Shown here in pieces: positions 1-9,451 of a stretch of DNA of 17,248 nucleotides (position 1 is the first letter of the stretch; each line of letters starts with the position of its first letter). The position numbers and the translations under genes were made by a program. The notes beneath the pieces were generated by a model. That model was not told where the DNA came from and did no database searches. It saw only the letters and a program-made list of their open reading frames with translations. Origin of the DNA: an uncultured Gemmatimonadota bacterium (lineage in GTDB: Bacteria; SM23-81). The stretch is taken from the NCBI GenBank assembly GCA_964584035.1, contig CAZOYL010000015.1:14806-32053 (forward strand). The letters are read 5' to 3'.

Positions 1-465
1 CTTGGCCAGGCCGAAATCCATCACCTTGACCTCTCCGCTTTCGGCGACCATGATGTTGTCGGTCTTGATATCGCGGTGAATGACGCCCTGCCCGTGGGCC
101 GACTCGAGAGCCCGGCCGGTGGCGGCGATGATATCGATGGCCTCCAGGGGGGAGGGGCGTCCCTCGCGGAGCAGCTGACGAAGGGTCCGGCCACATACAT
201 ATTCCATGGCGATGTAAGACTGGCCCTCATCCTCGCCCACCTCGTAAATGGTGACGATGCCCGGATGGTTCAGCCGCGCACCGGCCCGGGCTTCCCGAAG
301 AAATCGCTCTCTGATCTCCTCTTCGGGCAGATCGGTGGCGGTTAGAATCTTGAGGGCCACCGTCCGGTTCAGCTGGCTATCCCGGGCGCGGAAAACGGCC
401 CCCATGCCTCCCCGGCCGAGAAGCTCCTGGATCTCGTAATGGGCTATTTTTTCTGAGTTGGTCAT
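1..465 (-). CDS. Hanks-type Ser/Thr protein kinase, N-terminal part (runs off the window's left edge)
   Basis: Not in the ORF track. Manual translation from ATG at 465: MTNSEKIAHYEIQELLGRGGMGAVFRARDSQLNRTVALKIL...RFLREARAGARLNHPGIVTIYE...YIAMEYV...VIHRDIKTDNIMV...VKVMDFGLAK. Gly-rich loop, VAxK, HRD and DFG motifs all lie in one open frame. Confidence 0.95.
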   Translation of the reverse strand, partial: MTNSEKIAHYEIQELLGRGGMGAVFRARDSQLNRTVALKILTATDLPEEEIRERFLREARAGARLNHPGIVTIYEVGEDEGQSYIAMEYVCGRTLRQLLREGRPSPLEAIDIIAATGRALESAHGQGVIHRDIKTDNIMVAESGEVKVMDFGLAK

Positions 466-491
466 ATGGCCCCGAAGAAAGGATCGATGAT

Positions 492-2207
492 CTATCTCAG
501 CAGCACCATCTTCCGCGTATCGCGAACGCTTCCCGCCTCCAAACGGCAGAGGTACATACCGCTGGCCACCGGCTCGCCGGCGTCATCCCGGCCGTCCCAG
601 CGGACGTCATGCAGGCCGGGCGGATGATGTCCGGCGATCAACCGGCGGACGCGCTGCCCGCGGGTATTGTAGATGATTAAACGGACGAACGGCCGTTCGC
701 CGTACCCGTCGCCCACGCGATAGCGGATCCGCGCACCGTCATTGAAGGGGTTGGGATAACTCCCCAGAAGGGCGTGCCGCCTCGGCACGGCTTCGGTCTC
801 ATTCCCATTCACGGCCGTCTGTCCGACCCGGAAGATGACCGGAAGGACGATGGATGGGTCCGGAGAATCATTCCCGATGATCAGCCCGCTTTTATAGAGG
901 CCGGCGCTCAGGCCGGCGGCGTCGAGATGCAGGCCGATCTGATGGGTGGCATACGGGGCCAGCGAGCCGAGCGGGGGATCGTGATCCAGCCAGACCGGCT
1001 GATCGCCGTACCGGACGACCGCCTGGATGAAAAAATTCGCGTCCTGATCGTGCCGATCGTACAGGGTCCACCAGTTCAGGCTCCATTTCCCTGAGCTTCT
1101 TCGCTCGTCACCCACCGGAAGGCCGTCGTCCGAAACGATGGCCAGGGCATCGCTGGGATTTGACCCGGCGACCGTATAACCGATATGGAAGTCCTGATGC
1201 GCCCGGAACCGTATGCCCGGGCCGGCGAAATAGACCAGCTGCCAGCTGGGAGAGAGGTTCAGGGAACTGTTGGGAACCATCACCGAATCGAGTTTGGCCC
1301 CCGGGAACCCGGATGAGTCGTCCCAGACATAGACCATCAGATCCGGCTGACCCAGCGTCCCGTCGGTGGAAAACAGCATTCGCGCCGAGGTCAGCGTGCA
1401 GGTCTGCGCCGGGGTGAATCGCACGTTGTAGAAGTTCTGGTTGGACTGCTCCGAGAGGGCCCAGGAACTGGCCGGATCCTCCATATCGCCGTAACTGAGG
1501 ATCTGCTGGCCATGGGGCAGATCCAGATCGTAGTGCAGGCGGTCGAACCCCCAGTTGGTGATCTCGAAGGCCGTATCGGCCGAACCGCCCTGTTCCACGG
1601 ACAGATCGATGCCGGCGGGGCTGAGCTGAGCGTATGGATAGTCCACGTCGCCCAATCCCAGGACCAGGTGGGAGTCGTCCCGGCTGCCGGTCCCGTTATA
1701 GCGGAAAAAGAGCGGGTTGAGATTCTGTCTTTGTTGAAAATAAAAGGCCAGCTCATCGCCTTGATTGAACATGATTGCGGGGTAGAGAGCCTGCTCGGTG
1801 AGAATATCGATGGGCCGTTCCCCGCTGGGCACCGGCGGCAAGGATAAGATCTCTTCGGAGAGGACGGTGCTTCCGTTGCGGGTCAGGGCCACGACAATGA
1901 CCGAGTTGATCGATGGGTTCACGACGGTGCCGTCCAGGTGCAGCTCCAGGTTGAGATGGTTCAACAGAAACGGCCGTTCGGCGACATAATCGCCCCAGAA
2001 GTAAATGAAGCTGGAAACATTATCGCGAACGGCCTGATCACCGGCCTCGGGATCCAGGATTCGCTGCGTCCCCACCCTTCGAAAATAGAGCGTCTGCTGT
2101 TCATCAACGGCCGCATCTGCCGGCCCATCCTGCGCCGCAGCGCTCTCCAGGAAACATCCGGACAGCATTGCCAACAGGACGACCGGTAACATTTTTTTCA
2201 CGATCAT
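492..2207 (-). CDS. Secreted multidomain protein with Ig-like domain and C-terminal FlgD-Ig / T9SS-sorting-like domain
   Basis: ATG at 2207 with SD GAGGAG just after the glnA stop. Signal peptide MIVKKMLPVVLLAMLSGCFLESAAAQ. C-terminus LLGSYPNPFN...IIYNTRGQRVRRL...VRWDGRDDAGEPVASGMYLCRL...TRKMVLLR is typical of FlgD_ig/secretion-system C-terminal sorting domains. Confidence 0.85.
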   Translation of the reverse strand: MIVKKMLPVVLLAMLSGCFLESAAAQDGPADAAVDEQQTLYFRRVGTQRILDPEAGDQAVRDNVSSFIYFWGDYVAERPFLLNHLNLELHLDGTVVNPSINSVIVVALTRNGSTVLSEEILSLPPVPSGERPIDILTEQALYPAIMFNQGDELAFYFQQRQNLNPLFFRYNGTGSRDDSHLVLGLGDVDYPYAQLSPAGIDLSVEQGGSADTAFEITNWGFDRLHYDLDLPHGQQILSYGDMEDPASSWALSEQSNQNFYNVRFTPAQTCTLTSARMLFSTDGTLGQPDLMVYVWDDSSGFPGAKLDSVMVPNSSLNLSPSWQLVYFAGPGIRFRAHQDFHIGYTVAGSNPSDALAIVSDDGLPVGDERRSSGKWSLNWWTLYDRHDQDANFFIQAVVRYGDQPVWLDHDPPLGSLAPYATHQIGLHLDAAGLSAGLYKSGLIIGNDSPDPSIVLPVIFRVGQTAVNGNETEAVPRRHALLGSYPNPFNDGARIRYRVGDGYGERPFVRLIIYNTRGQRVRRLIAGHHPPGLHDVRWDGRDDAGEPVASGMYLCRLEAGSVRDTRKMVLLR

Positions 2208-2217
2208 GGCGCTCCTC

Positions 2218-3546
2218 TCACAGGATGGGAAAGTACTTCTTGAGCTCCGCATCGGTGACCTGGGCGCGGTAATCGTCCCACTCCACCTTCTTGTTGGCGA
2301 TGAACTTGTCCATCACGTCAGGGCCCAGAGCGCGGCGCAACAGCTCGCTCTTTTCAGCCTCCAGGATGGCGGCATAGAGACTGTCGGGCAGAGAGTGGAT
2401 CCCTCTCTTGCTCCTCTCGGCCGGGGACATGGAATAGATATCCTCCTCGATGGGCTCGGTCAGGGGATAACCCTCCTGAATGCCCTCCAGGCCGGCCGCC
2501 AGCATGACGGCGAAGGTCAGATAGGGATTGCAGGCCGGATCCGGACAGCGAAGCTCCACCCGCGTGGCCTGCTCCTTTCCGGGCTTGTATCTCGGCACGC
2601 GCACCAGGGCGGAGCGGTTCTTCTGCCCCCAGGAAATGTAGGCCGGGGCCTCGAATCCGGGCACCAGCCGTTTGTAGGAGTTGACCCATTGGTTGGTGAC
2701 CACGACGATCTCGGCGGCATGTTTGAGGATCCCGGCGGTGTAGGATCTGGCCAAAGAGGATAGATGATAGGGATCTTCCGAATCGAAGAAGGCGTTGTGT
2801 TCTTTCTCGAACAGGGACTGATGCACATGCATGCCGCTGCCGTTCTGGCCGAAGAGCGGCTTGGGCATGAAAGAGGCATAGACCCCCTCGGCCCGGGCCA
2901 CCTCCTTGATCACCAGGCGGTAGGTCATGGCGAAGTCGGCCATGGTCAGGGCCTCCTGATAGACCAGGTCGATCTCGTGCTGGCTGGGGGCCACCTCGTG
3001 GTGACTGTATTCCACCGGGATGTCCATTGCCTCCAGGGCGAAGACCGATCGCTTGCGCAACCGGGTGCCCACATCCAGGGGAGCGACGTCGAAATATCCG
3101 TCCAGATCGAGCACTTCGGGCTGGCCATCGCTTTTGAAATAGAAATATTCCAGCTCCGGGCCGACATGAAAGGTATAGCCCATCCGGGCGGCCTTCTCCA
3201 GATTCTGCTTAAGCACATACCGCGGATCGCCGGCATAAGGCTCCCGCTCCGGGGTCAGCACGTCGCAGAACATCATCCCGATCTTCTGGTCGTCGGTGGG
3301 CCAGGGCAGGACCCGGAAGGTCACCGGATCGGGCATGGCCAGCAGGTCGCTCTCGTAGATCCGGCAGAATCCCTCGATGGAGGAACCGTCGAACCCCATG
3401 CCCTCGTTGAGAGCCTCTTCCAGATACACGCTGGGAACGGCAAATCCCTTCAGTCGTCCCAGGATATCGCAAAAACACAGGCGCACGATACGGACATTCT
3501 CTTTCTTGATCCGTTCCAGCACGTGCTTCTTCCGATCCTCAGACAT
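2218..3546 (-). CDS. glnA: Glutamine synthetase type I (GSI-alpha-like, 442 aa)
   Basis: Motifs FDGSSIEGF, GPELEYFYF, HHEVAPSQHEI, FMPKPLFGQNGSGMHVHQSL, NSYKRLVPGFEAP, NRSALVRVP, RVELRCPDPACNPYL. Start ATG 3546 has SD AAAGGAGG 6 nt upstream. Confidence 0.95.
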   Translation of the reverse strand: MSEDRKKHVLERIKKENVRIVRLCFCDILGRLKGFAVPSVYLEEALNEGMGFDGSSIEGFCRIYESDLLAMPDPVTFRVLPWPTDDQKIGMMFCDVLTPEREPYAGDPRYVLKQNLEKAARMGYTFHVGPELEYFYFKSDGQPEVLDLDGYFDVAPLDVGTRLRKRSVFALEAMDIPVEYSHHEVAPSQHEIDLVYQEALTMADFAMTYRLVIKEVARAEGVYASFMPKPLFGQNGSGMHVHQSLFEKEHNAFFDSEDPYHLSSLARSYTAGILKHAAEIVVVTNQWVNSYKRLVPGFEAPAYISWGQKNRSALVRVPRYKPGKEQATRVELRCPDPACNPYLTFAVMLAAGLEGIQEGYPLTEPIEEDIYSMSPAERSKRGIHSLPDSLYAAILEAEKSELLRRALGPDVMDKFIANKKVEWDDYRAQVTDAELKKYFPIL

Positions 3547-3590
3547 GCACATCCTCCTTTTCGGGTTCTCGCCCGGCAGATGGTCTTCGG

Positions 3591-4625
3591 TCAGTTCGAA
3601 AAATGACGAAATCCTCCTTCGACCAGCGATCTCTTCTCCCCCCCCGGCCCCAACAGCCACAGGCCCGCATCCCCGGGCCGGACCCGGCCGATGACGGTGA
3701 CGGCCAGGCCGGTCCTGGCGGCCACCCTTTGCAGATCCTCCGGGGCGGTGCCGGCCGCGACGGTGAACAGCAGCTCGAAGTCCTCCCCCCCGGAGAGGGC
3801 GTAATCGACGGCCGGGACCCCCAGACGACCGGCCACCCAGCGGGTCTGCGGATCGATGGGGATCTTCTCCTCATCGATCTCCACGCCCACTCCGCTGCGC
3901 TCGGCGATATGGCCCAGGTCGCCGGCCAATCCGTCGCTGATATCGATCATCGAATGAACATATCCCGCCCGGGCCAGTTCCTGTGCCGCCTGCAGCCGGG
4001 GACGCGGCCGCAGATGCCGTTGACGGACCCGGTCCCAGAGATCGGCGGGCACAGCCGCGGCCGGCCGGGGAGCGTCCTCCCGCAGCGAGCGAAGCATGTC
4101 CAATCCGGCCCGGGACCCGCCCAGCTGTCCGGTCACACAGATCAGGTCTCCCTCCCGGGCGCCCTTTCTGGTCAACAGCCGTTCTTCCCGGACCTCTCCG
4201 GTGAGGGCGATGGCGATGACCAGATCCCTTGGAGCCGAGACGGTGTCGCCACCGATGATGTCCCCGCCGTACTCCCCGGTCACGGCCCCCATCCCCCGGT
4301 AGATCTCCTCCACTTCCTCGACGGAGACATCGTCCGGCAGGCAGATGGACACCAGGGCGTGCCCGGGCCGTCCGCCCATGGCAGCGATATCACTGAGGTT
4401 GGCCGCCATGGCGCGCCAGCCGATGTGGTGGAAATCGTGGATGCCGCGGTCGAAGTGAACATGTTCCACCAGGACATCGGCCGTCATCAAGACGAGGCTC
4501 CCCGCCGTCGTCCTCACCGCGGCGGCATCATCTCCCGGCCCGACGACGACCCCTTTCCCCGGGGCGGCCAGCTGCCGCTGCAGCCGGTCGATGAGACCGA
4601 ACTCGCCGAGCTGAGAGAGTTTCAT
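3591..4625 (-). CDS. thiL: Thiamine-monophosphate kinase
   Basis: MKLSQLGEFGLI start, GPGDDAA, DVLVEHVHF, NLSDIAAMGG, IIGGDT, MIDISDGL, ALSGGEDFELLFT: the canonical ThiL motif series. Confidence 0.96.
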   Translation of the reverse strand: MKLSQLGEFGLIDRLQRQLAAPGKGVVVGPGDDAAAVRTTAGSLVLMTADVLVEHVHFDRGIHDFHHIGWRAMAANLSDIAAMGGRPGHALVSICLPDDVSVEEVEEIYRGMGAVTGEYGGDIIGGDTVSAPRDLVIAIALTGEVREERLLTRKGAREGDLICVTGQLGGSRAGLDMLRSLREDAPRPAAAVPADLWDRVRQRHLRPRPRLQAAQELARAGYVHSMIDISDGLAGDLGHIAERSGVGVEIDEEKIPIDPQTRWVAGRLGVPAVDYALSGGEDFELLFTVAAGTAPEDLQRVAARTGLAVTVIGRVRPGDAGLWLLGPGGEKRSLVEGGFRHFSN

Positions 4626-4626
4626 A

Positions 4627-6162
4627 TCAATCGATCCTGAGAGGGTTGTCCCAGAAAAAACGCGTCAGCCCCTGGGGCGTGCCCAGCCACAGGTAGGCTC
4701 CATCGACGAGGATGGATTGAACCGTGTTATCCAGCAAGCCGTCTTCGGTGGTGAAGACCCGCCAGCGGCCGGTCTGCCGGCGGAGCTTCCACAATCCGTT
4801 CTCCGTTCCGGCCCAAACAGCCCTGGGACCTGCCTCCAGACAGATGATGTGGCCGGCCTGTATCTGTTGGCCGAAAGGGTGCCAATCCCACTGCCGGCTG
4901 GAGCGATCGTATCGGGTCAGCCCGACGGTGGTGCCGAACCAGATCTCGTCACCGTCATCGGAGACCGCGGTGATGGTCCGCTCGATGGTTCCATCGGGAC
5001 TGGTGAACTTCAGCCAGCGGTTCAGGGTCCGGTCCAGCGCGTAAACCCCCTCCTCGGCGCCGAACCAGACGAATTCCGGCCCCATCTCGATATCGTAGAT
5101 CTTCTGCTGGCCGACCAGCGGAATTTCAGCCACCGCCAGGCTGTCGCCCGCCAGCGTGATCATATTGGCGCCCCGGGAGGTCCCGACCCAGAGGATATCG
5201 CCGTCGCGGGCCAGGTCGGTGACCCAGTCGTCGGCCAGTCCCTGGAAGGTGGTCAGGGTGGTCCAATTGTCGCTACCCTTATCGTAGCGGCAAAGACCGT
5301 ACAGGGTTCCCACCCAGACGTCGTCCGTGCCGGGGGCAATGGCGGTGACATCGTCGCTGTCCATCCCGACCAGATAACGAGCCTCGAAGTAGTCCCAGGT
5401 CTGCAGGTCCCGGCCGGCCCGGGTGATGCCGGCCTCCTCATCCCACGGAGATATGCCACCGATCCAGAGCCGGTCGCCGTCGAAAGCCAGGGCTGTGACG
5501 TTTCGGCCCATCAGGCCGAAGGGCAGCATTCGCAGCCGGCCGCTGCGCAGCCGGGCCCGACCGGCTCCCAGGCCGGCGGTGCCGACCCACAGGTGATCCC
5601 AGTCGTCCGTCAGATGGGCGGTCATGGGAAAGCGGCGGAGGTAGGGATCGGTCAGATAGGCGCCACCGTTTGTGGTGTAGTAATTGAGCTCGAAATCCGG
5701 AAACAGCTCCGGATAGTGATAGGCGTCCGGGGGCCTGACCGGCGGCAGGTCGCCGCTCATTCGAAACCGTTCCAAAAAGGGGTCGAACCGGCTGGCGCCC
5801 CGCTGCGTGAAGAAGACAATCTCATGTTCCTCGCTGTCGGCCACCAGATCCAGCACGCGATTGTCCGGCAGGCCGGAACTGGTGGTCAGGGGCGTGCCCC
5901 ATTCTTCCTTCCAGCGGTCATACCGCATCACGCCGCCGGTGGTGCCGATGTAGATGTACTCATCGTCCATGTCCATCGAGGTCACATAGCGGAACACCCC
6001 GTAGGACACCCAATCCTCCATCTCGTACCAGCGGGCTTGCGCCGACGGGACCCAGGATCCGGCGATCAGGCCGATCAGCGCCAGCAGCCCCGGAATCGTC
6101 CGAACAACCGTCCCGGGCGCCACGGGGCGCCGGGAACTCATCTTCCGGTGGGAACACCGCAT
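4627..6162 (-). CDS. Secreted beta-propeller protein (Reg_prop-like blades), function unknown; start 6162 or 6141
   Basis: Signal peptide ending ...LLALIGLIAGSWVPSAQA. About 10 repeats of W(V/F/I)G(T)xxG(L/V)xx(Y/F)D, with GLPDNRV, GLADDWV and GLLDNTV motifs. The ORF-track extension to 6432 overlaps the amidohydrolase and was discounted. Confidence 0.8.
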   Translation of the reverse strand: MRCSHRKMSSRRPVAPGTVVRTIPGLLALIGLIAGSWVPSAQARWYEMEDWVSYGVFRYVTSMDMDDEYIYIGTTGGVMRYDRWKEEWGTPLTTSSGLPDNRVLDLVADSEEHEIVFFTQRGASRFDPFLERFRMSGDLPPVRPPDAYHYPELFPDFELNYYTTNGGAYLTDPYLRRFPMTAHLTDDWDHLWVGTAGLGAGRARLRSGRLRMLPFGLMGRNVTALAFDGDRLWIGGISPWDEEAGITRAGRDLQTWDYFEARYLVGMDSDDVTAIAPGTDDVWVGTLYGLCRYDKGSDNWTTLTTFQGLADDWVTDLARDGDILWVGTSRGANMITLAGDSLAVAEIPLVGQQKIYDIEMGPEFVWFGAEEGVYALDRTLNRWLKFTSPDGTIERTITAVSDDGDEIWFGTTVGLTRYDRSSRQWDWHPFGQQIQAGHIICLEAGPRAVWAGTENGLWKLRRQTGRWRVFTTEDGLLDNTVQSILVDGAYLWLGTPQGLTRFFWDNPLRID

Positions 6163-6172
6163 CGACACCGTC

Positions 6173-7372
6173 TCATCGTTTGGAGAGAAGTTCCAGGGCC
6201 GACAGGGCCAGAACGGCCGCGCCGGCGGGGAGGGCCTCCTCGGCGATATCGAACCGGGGATGATGCGCCGGATGGGAGGTCTGTTCGGTGCCGTCATCGG
6301 TGCCCAGCACAAACATCGCCCCGGGGACCTGCTGCAGGAAATAGGACAGGTCGTCCCCGCCCATGGAGCGGGGAATATCCTCGTGAAGAATCTCCGGGCC
6401 ATAGAGCCGCCGGACGGCCCGCCGGATCGCATCGACCACGGCCGTATCGTTGTTCAGGGCCAGGCACCCCTGGTCCCAGTCGATCTCCCAGCGGGCCCCT
6501 GCCGATTCGGCGATACCGGCCAGCAGCGCCTCCAGCTCCCCGGCCAGCCGATCTGCCAGATCTGGATCGAGACATCTCAGCGTGCCCCGCAGATCCACCC
6601 GGCCGGCGATGATATTATCGGCCTGTCCTCCCTGGATCTGGCCGATCGAGACGACGGCCGGCTCCAGGGGATCCACCCGGCGGCTGATCAGAGTCTGGGC
6701 GGCGAGGATGAACCGGGCCGCCGTCACCACGGCATCGATGCCCTCATGGGGATGGGCTCCGTGCCCGGATCGTCCCAGGATGCGGATGTCGAAATCCCGG
6801 GCCTCGGCCAGAAAAGGGCCGGCCCGCACTCCGATATGGCCGGCCGGCAGCTGCGAGTCGACGTGCAGGGAGACCAGTGCCTTGACCGGCGGATCCTCAA
6901 GCACGCCGGCCTCCACCATGGCCAGGGCGCCGCTGGGCAGGTCCTCCTCGCAGGGCTGGAAGATGAACCGGACCGTGCCGGACCATTCCCCGCGCAGCCC
7001 GGTCAGAATCTCGGCAGCCCCCAGCAGGCAGGCCACGTGGGCGTCGTGCCCGCAGGCATGCATCACGCCCGGGTTGGCCGACCGATAAGGTTGATCGTTC
7101 TGTTCATCGATCGGCAGGGCGTCCATATCGGCCCGCAGGGCCACGACCGCCCCCCCCGAGCGGCCCTCGAGCAGCGCCACCACCCCGGTCCGGCAGACTC
7201 CCTCGCGGACCTCCAGGCCCAGCTCGCGAAGCCGTCCGGCCGCCAGGGCGGCGGTCTGGCGCTCCTGGAATCCCAGCTCGGGATGCCGGTGGATCTGACG
7301 GCGGATCTTCCTGAGCCGGCCATCCATGGCGCCGGCCAATTCCCTCACACGCCGGGCCAGCGGATCACTCAT
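6173..7372 (-). CDS. M20D-family metallo-amidohydrolase (hippurate hydrolase/IAA-amino-acid hydrolase-like)
   Basis: RRQIHRHPELGFQE, ALRADMDALP, MHACGHDAH, FIFQPCEE, GRSGHGAHPH, HPAHHPRFD. ATG 7372 overlaps the nnr stop (ATGA). Confidence 0.92.
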   Translation of the reverse strand: MSDPLARRVRELAGAMDGRLRKIRRQIHRHPELGFQERQTAALAAGRLRELGLEVREGVCRTGVVALLEGRSGGAVVALRADMDALPIDEQNDQPYRSANPGVMHACGHDAHVACLLGAAEILTGLRGEWSGTVRFIFQPCEEDLPSGALAMVEAGVLEDPPVKALVSLHVDSQLPAGHIGVRAGPFLAEARDFDIRILGRSGHGAHPHEGIDAVVTAARFILAAQTLISRRVDPLEPAVVSIGQIQGGQADNIIAGRVDLRGTLRCLDPDLADRLAGELEALLAGIAESAGARWEIDWDQGCLALNNDTAVVDAIRRAVRRLYGPEILHEDIPRSMGGDDLSYFLQQVPGAMFVLGTDDGTEQTSHPAHHPRFDIAEEALPAGAAVLALSALELLSKR

Positions 7373-8934
7373 CGCTCGGTTCCTCTCAGGGCTCTCCGGC
7401 CGATGGTGCGATGGATGGCTTCGGAGATGCCGTCCAGCAGGTCTCCGGCCACCAGGCTCCACTCGCCCATCCCTTCCACGGCCGCATCGCCGGCCAGACC
7501 ATGCAGATAAACGCCCAGCCTGGCGGCGTCCAGCGGATCGCAGCCCTGCGCCAGAAAGCCGGCGATCATCCCGGTAAGCACGTCGCCGCTCCCGGCGGTG
7601 GCCATACCCGGATTGCCGGTGGTGTTGATATACAGCCCGCCCCGGGGCTCGGCGACCAGGGTCGGGGCTCCCTTGAATACGCAGACCTGTCCGTGACGCT
7701 CGGCCAGGGACCGGACGGCCGCGATCCGTTCGGCCGTCTCCACGGGAATATCGAACCGCCCCAGACGGGCCAGCTCTCCGGCGTGGGGCGTGAGCACCAG
7801 CGGGGCCCGGACCCGGGCGAGCACTTCCGGATCCTGGGCCACGGCGTTGAGGCCGTCGGCGTCCAGCACCGTGGGATGCTCCAACCGGGGCAGCAGATGG
7901 CGCACCAGGGCCGCCGTATCGGGATGCATCGACAGGCCGGGACCCAGGGCCACCACGTCGGCCCAGGAAAGGAGCTCTCCGATGCGTTCCAGGGCATCCG
8001 TCGACAGCGACCGGCCGTCGGTCTCGGGCAGCGGAGCCGTCATGATCTCGGTGAGCTTGATCTCGGCGATATCGTTGAGGCTTTCCGGAAGACCCAGCAT
8101 GACCATTCCAGCCCCGGACCGCAGGGCGGCCGTGGAGGCCAGGGTCGCGGCGCCGGTCATGCCCACCGAGCCGGCGATCACCAGCACCCGTCCGAAGGTG
8201 CCCTTATGCGCATCGGCGGCCCGGCAGGGAATCAAGCCGGCCATGTCCGCCGACTCCAGAGATTCCACCGTCAGATGCTCCTCTTCGGCGGCTCCGTCCG
8301 GAACGCCGATATCCACCACCACGAGCTGTCCGACCAGTTCCCGTCCCGGGCTGAAGAAAAAACCCTGCTTGGGGAAAGCCATGGTGGCCGTGGCATCGGC
8401 CCGTACCGCGGATCCCAGAATACGGCCGCTGTCGGCGTCCATGCCGGAGGGAATATCCACCGCCAGCACCGGGCGGCCGGCCCGGTTGATCAGGTCGATA
8501 AGATCGGCCATCAGCCCCTCGACCGGGCCGCTCAGGCCGGTTCCCAGCAGGGCGTCGACGATCAGGTCGGCGTCCCCGAGATCGGCCGCATCCCGGAGGG
8601 TCCGGACTTCGCCGATGTCGATGTTCAATCTTCGCAACCGCTTGAGGTTCTCCAGCGCGTCCCCGCTGACCTGCCCGATTGCGCCGGCCAGGCAGACCAC
8701 CGGCCGGACCCCGGCCTCGGCCAGGAGCCGGGCGATGACGAAACCGTCACCGCCGTTATTGCCCTTCCCGCAGAAACAAACGACCGTCTTGCCGCCGGGA
8801 TCGCCCAGCAGATCGAGGGCCAGCCGGGCGGCCCCCTGCCCGGCTCGTTCCATCAACTGCAGGCCGGGTACTTTGGCCTGCTCGATGGTCCGGCGGTCGA
8901 TATTTCTCATCTGTTGCGCGGTCACCGTTTTCAC
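7369..8934 (-). CDS. nnr: Bifunctional NAD(P)H-hydrate epimerase/dehydratase (NnrE-NnrD, YjeF)
   Basis: LMERAG, CGKGNNGGDG, VDALLGTG, AVDIPSG (YjeF_N); HKGTFGRVLVIAGS, LGPGL, VLDADGL, LTPHAGE, NPGMATAGSGDVLTG (NnrD). GTG at 8934 lies 6 nt after SD GGAGGT; the ORF track starts at 8940. Confidence 0.96.
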   Translation of the reverse strand: MKTVTAQQMRNIDRRTIEQAKVPGLQLMERAGQGAARLALDLLGDPGGKTVVCFCGKGNNGGDGFVIARLLAEAGVRPVVCLAGAIGQVSGDALENLKRLRRLNIDIGEVRTLRDAADLGDADLIVDALLGTGLSGPVEGLMADLIDLINRAGRPVLAVDIPSGMDADSGRILGSAVRADATATMAFPKQGFFFSPGRELVGQLVVVDIGVPDGAAEEEHLTVESLESADMAGLIPCRAADAHKGTFGRVLVIAGSVGMTGAATLASTAALRSGAGMVMLGLPESLNDIAEIKLTEIMTAPLPETDGRSLSTDALERIGELLSWADVVALGPGLSMHPDTAALVRHLLPRLEHPTVLDADGLNAVAQDPEVLARVRAPLVLTPHAGELARLGRFDIPVETAERIAAVRSLAERHGQVCVFKGAPTLVAEPRGGLYINTTGNPGMATAGSGDVLTGMIAGFLAQGCDPLDAARLGVYLHGLAGDAAVEGMGEWSLVAGDLLDGISEAIHRTIGRRALRGTER

Positions 8935-8952
8935 GACCACACCTCCACTCAG

Positions 8953-9366
8953 CTAGCGATCAGCGGGAAAACAATCTTCTGACCAATCCTCATCCGCCTT
9001 ATCGATCAGCAGGGCCGTGGCCATGGCCTGTCGGTGAGTATGAGTCAGGCTGATCAGCAGCACCCGCTTCCCCAGCAGCTGTTGCAGCCGCGGGCCGGGC
9101 CGGATGACGGGCGCCCCGGAGGGCCGGTTGACCACCTCCAGACTCTTCCACCGGACCCCGCCCTTCGGCCCGCGGCCCAGGGCCTTCATGGCCGCCTCCT
9201 TGGCGGCGAAACGGGCGGCGAAGGAGATCTCCGGCCGCGCCTGGGCCTGACAGTAGCCTATCTCCCCGGAGGTGTAGACCCGTTCGAGAAACCGCTGCCC
9301 CCAGCGGCCGATGGCCCTGCGGATCCGGTCCACCTCGATGATATCGATGCCCACTCCCGCAACCAA
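8953..9366 (-). CDS. acpS: Holo-[acyl-carrier-protein] synthase
   Basis: GVGIDIIEV, FLERVYT, FAARFAAKEAAMKALG, ISLTH. Probable TTG start at 9366 with SD GGAGG 9 nt upstream. acpS-nnr adjacency is a common arrangement. Confidence 0.93.
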   Translation of the reverse strand: MVAGVGIDIIEVDRIRRAIGRWGQRFLERVYTSGEIGYCQAQARPEISFAARFAAKEAAMKALGRGPKGGVRWKSLEVVNRPSGAPVIRPGPRLQQLLGKRVLLISLTHTHRQAMATALLIDKADEDWSEDCFPADR

Positions 9367-9451
9367 CTTTTCGATCCTCCCAATCACATCGGTCCGCGGC
9401 CGAACCGGGGCCCGAAGCCCCTGACCGGCAGCACCGGAGACCGGCCCCGGC

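Noticed and set aside
21..439. Apparent fragmentation of the kinase into short ORFs, suggesting a pseudogene
   Set aside because: Manual translation gives one uninterrupted frame from 465 to 1. It is missing from the track only because its stop lies outside the window.
2218..3546. Possibility that the GS is a non-canonical GS-like gamma-glutamyl ligase
   Set aside because: It retains FDGSS, the ESD segment and the G(F/Y)EAP flap typical of true GSI enzymes.
3547..4630. Possible TPP riboswitch near thiL or glutamine riboswitch before glnA
   Set aside because: Intergenic space is only 1 nt and 44 nt, and no recognisable aptamer consensus is present.
9407..9421. GC hairpin GGGGC-N5-GCCCC between the membrane-protein gene and acpS
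   Set aside because: Only a 5-bp stem with no U-tract; expected by chance at this GC content.
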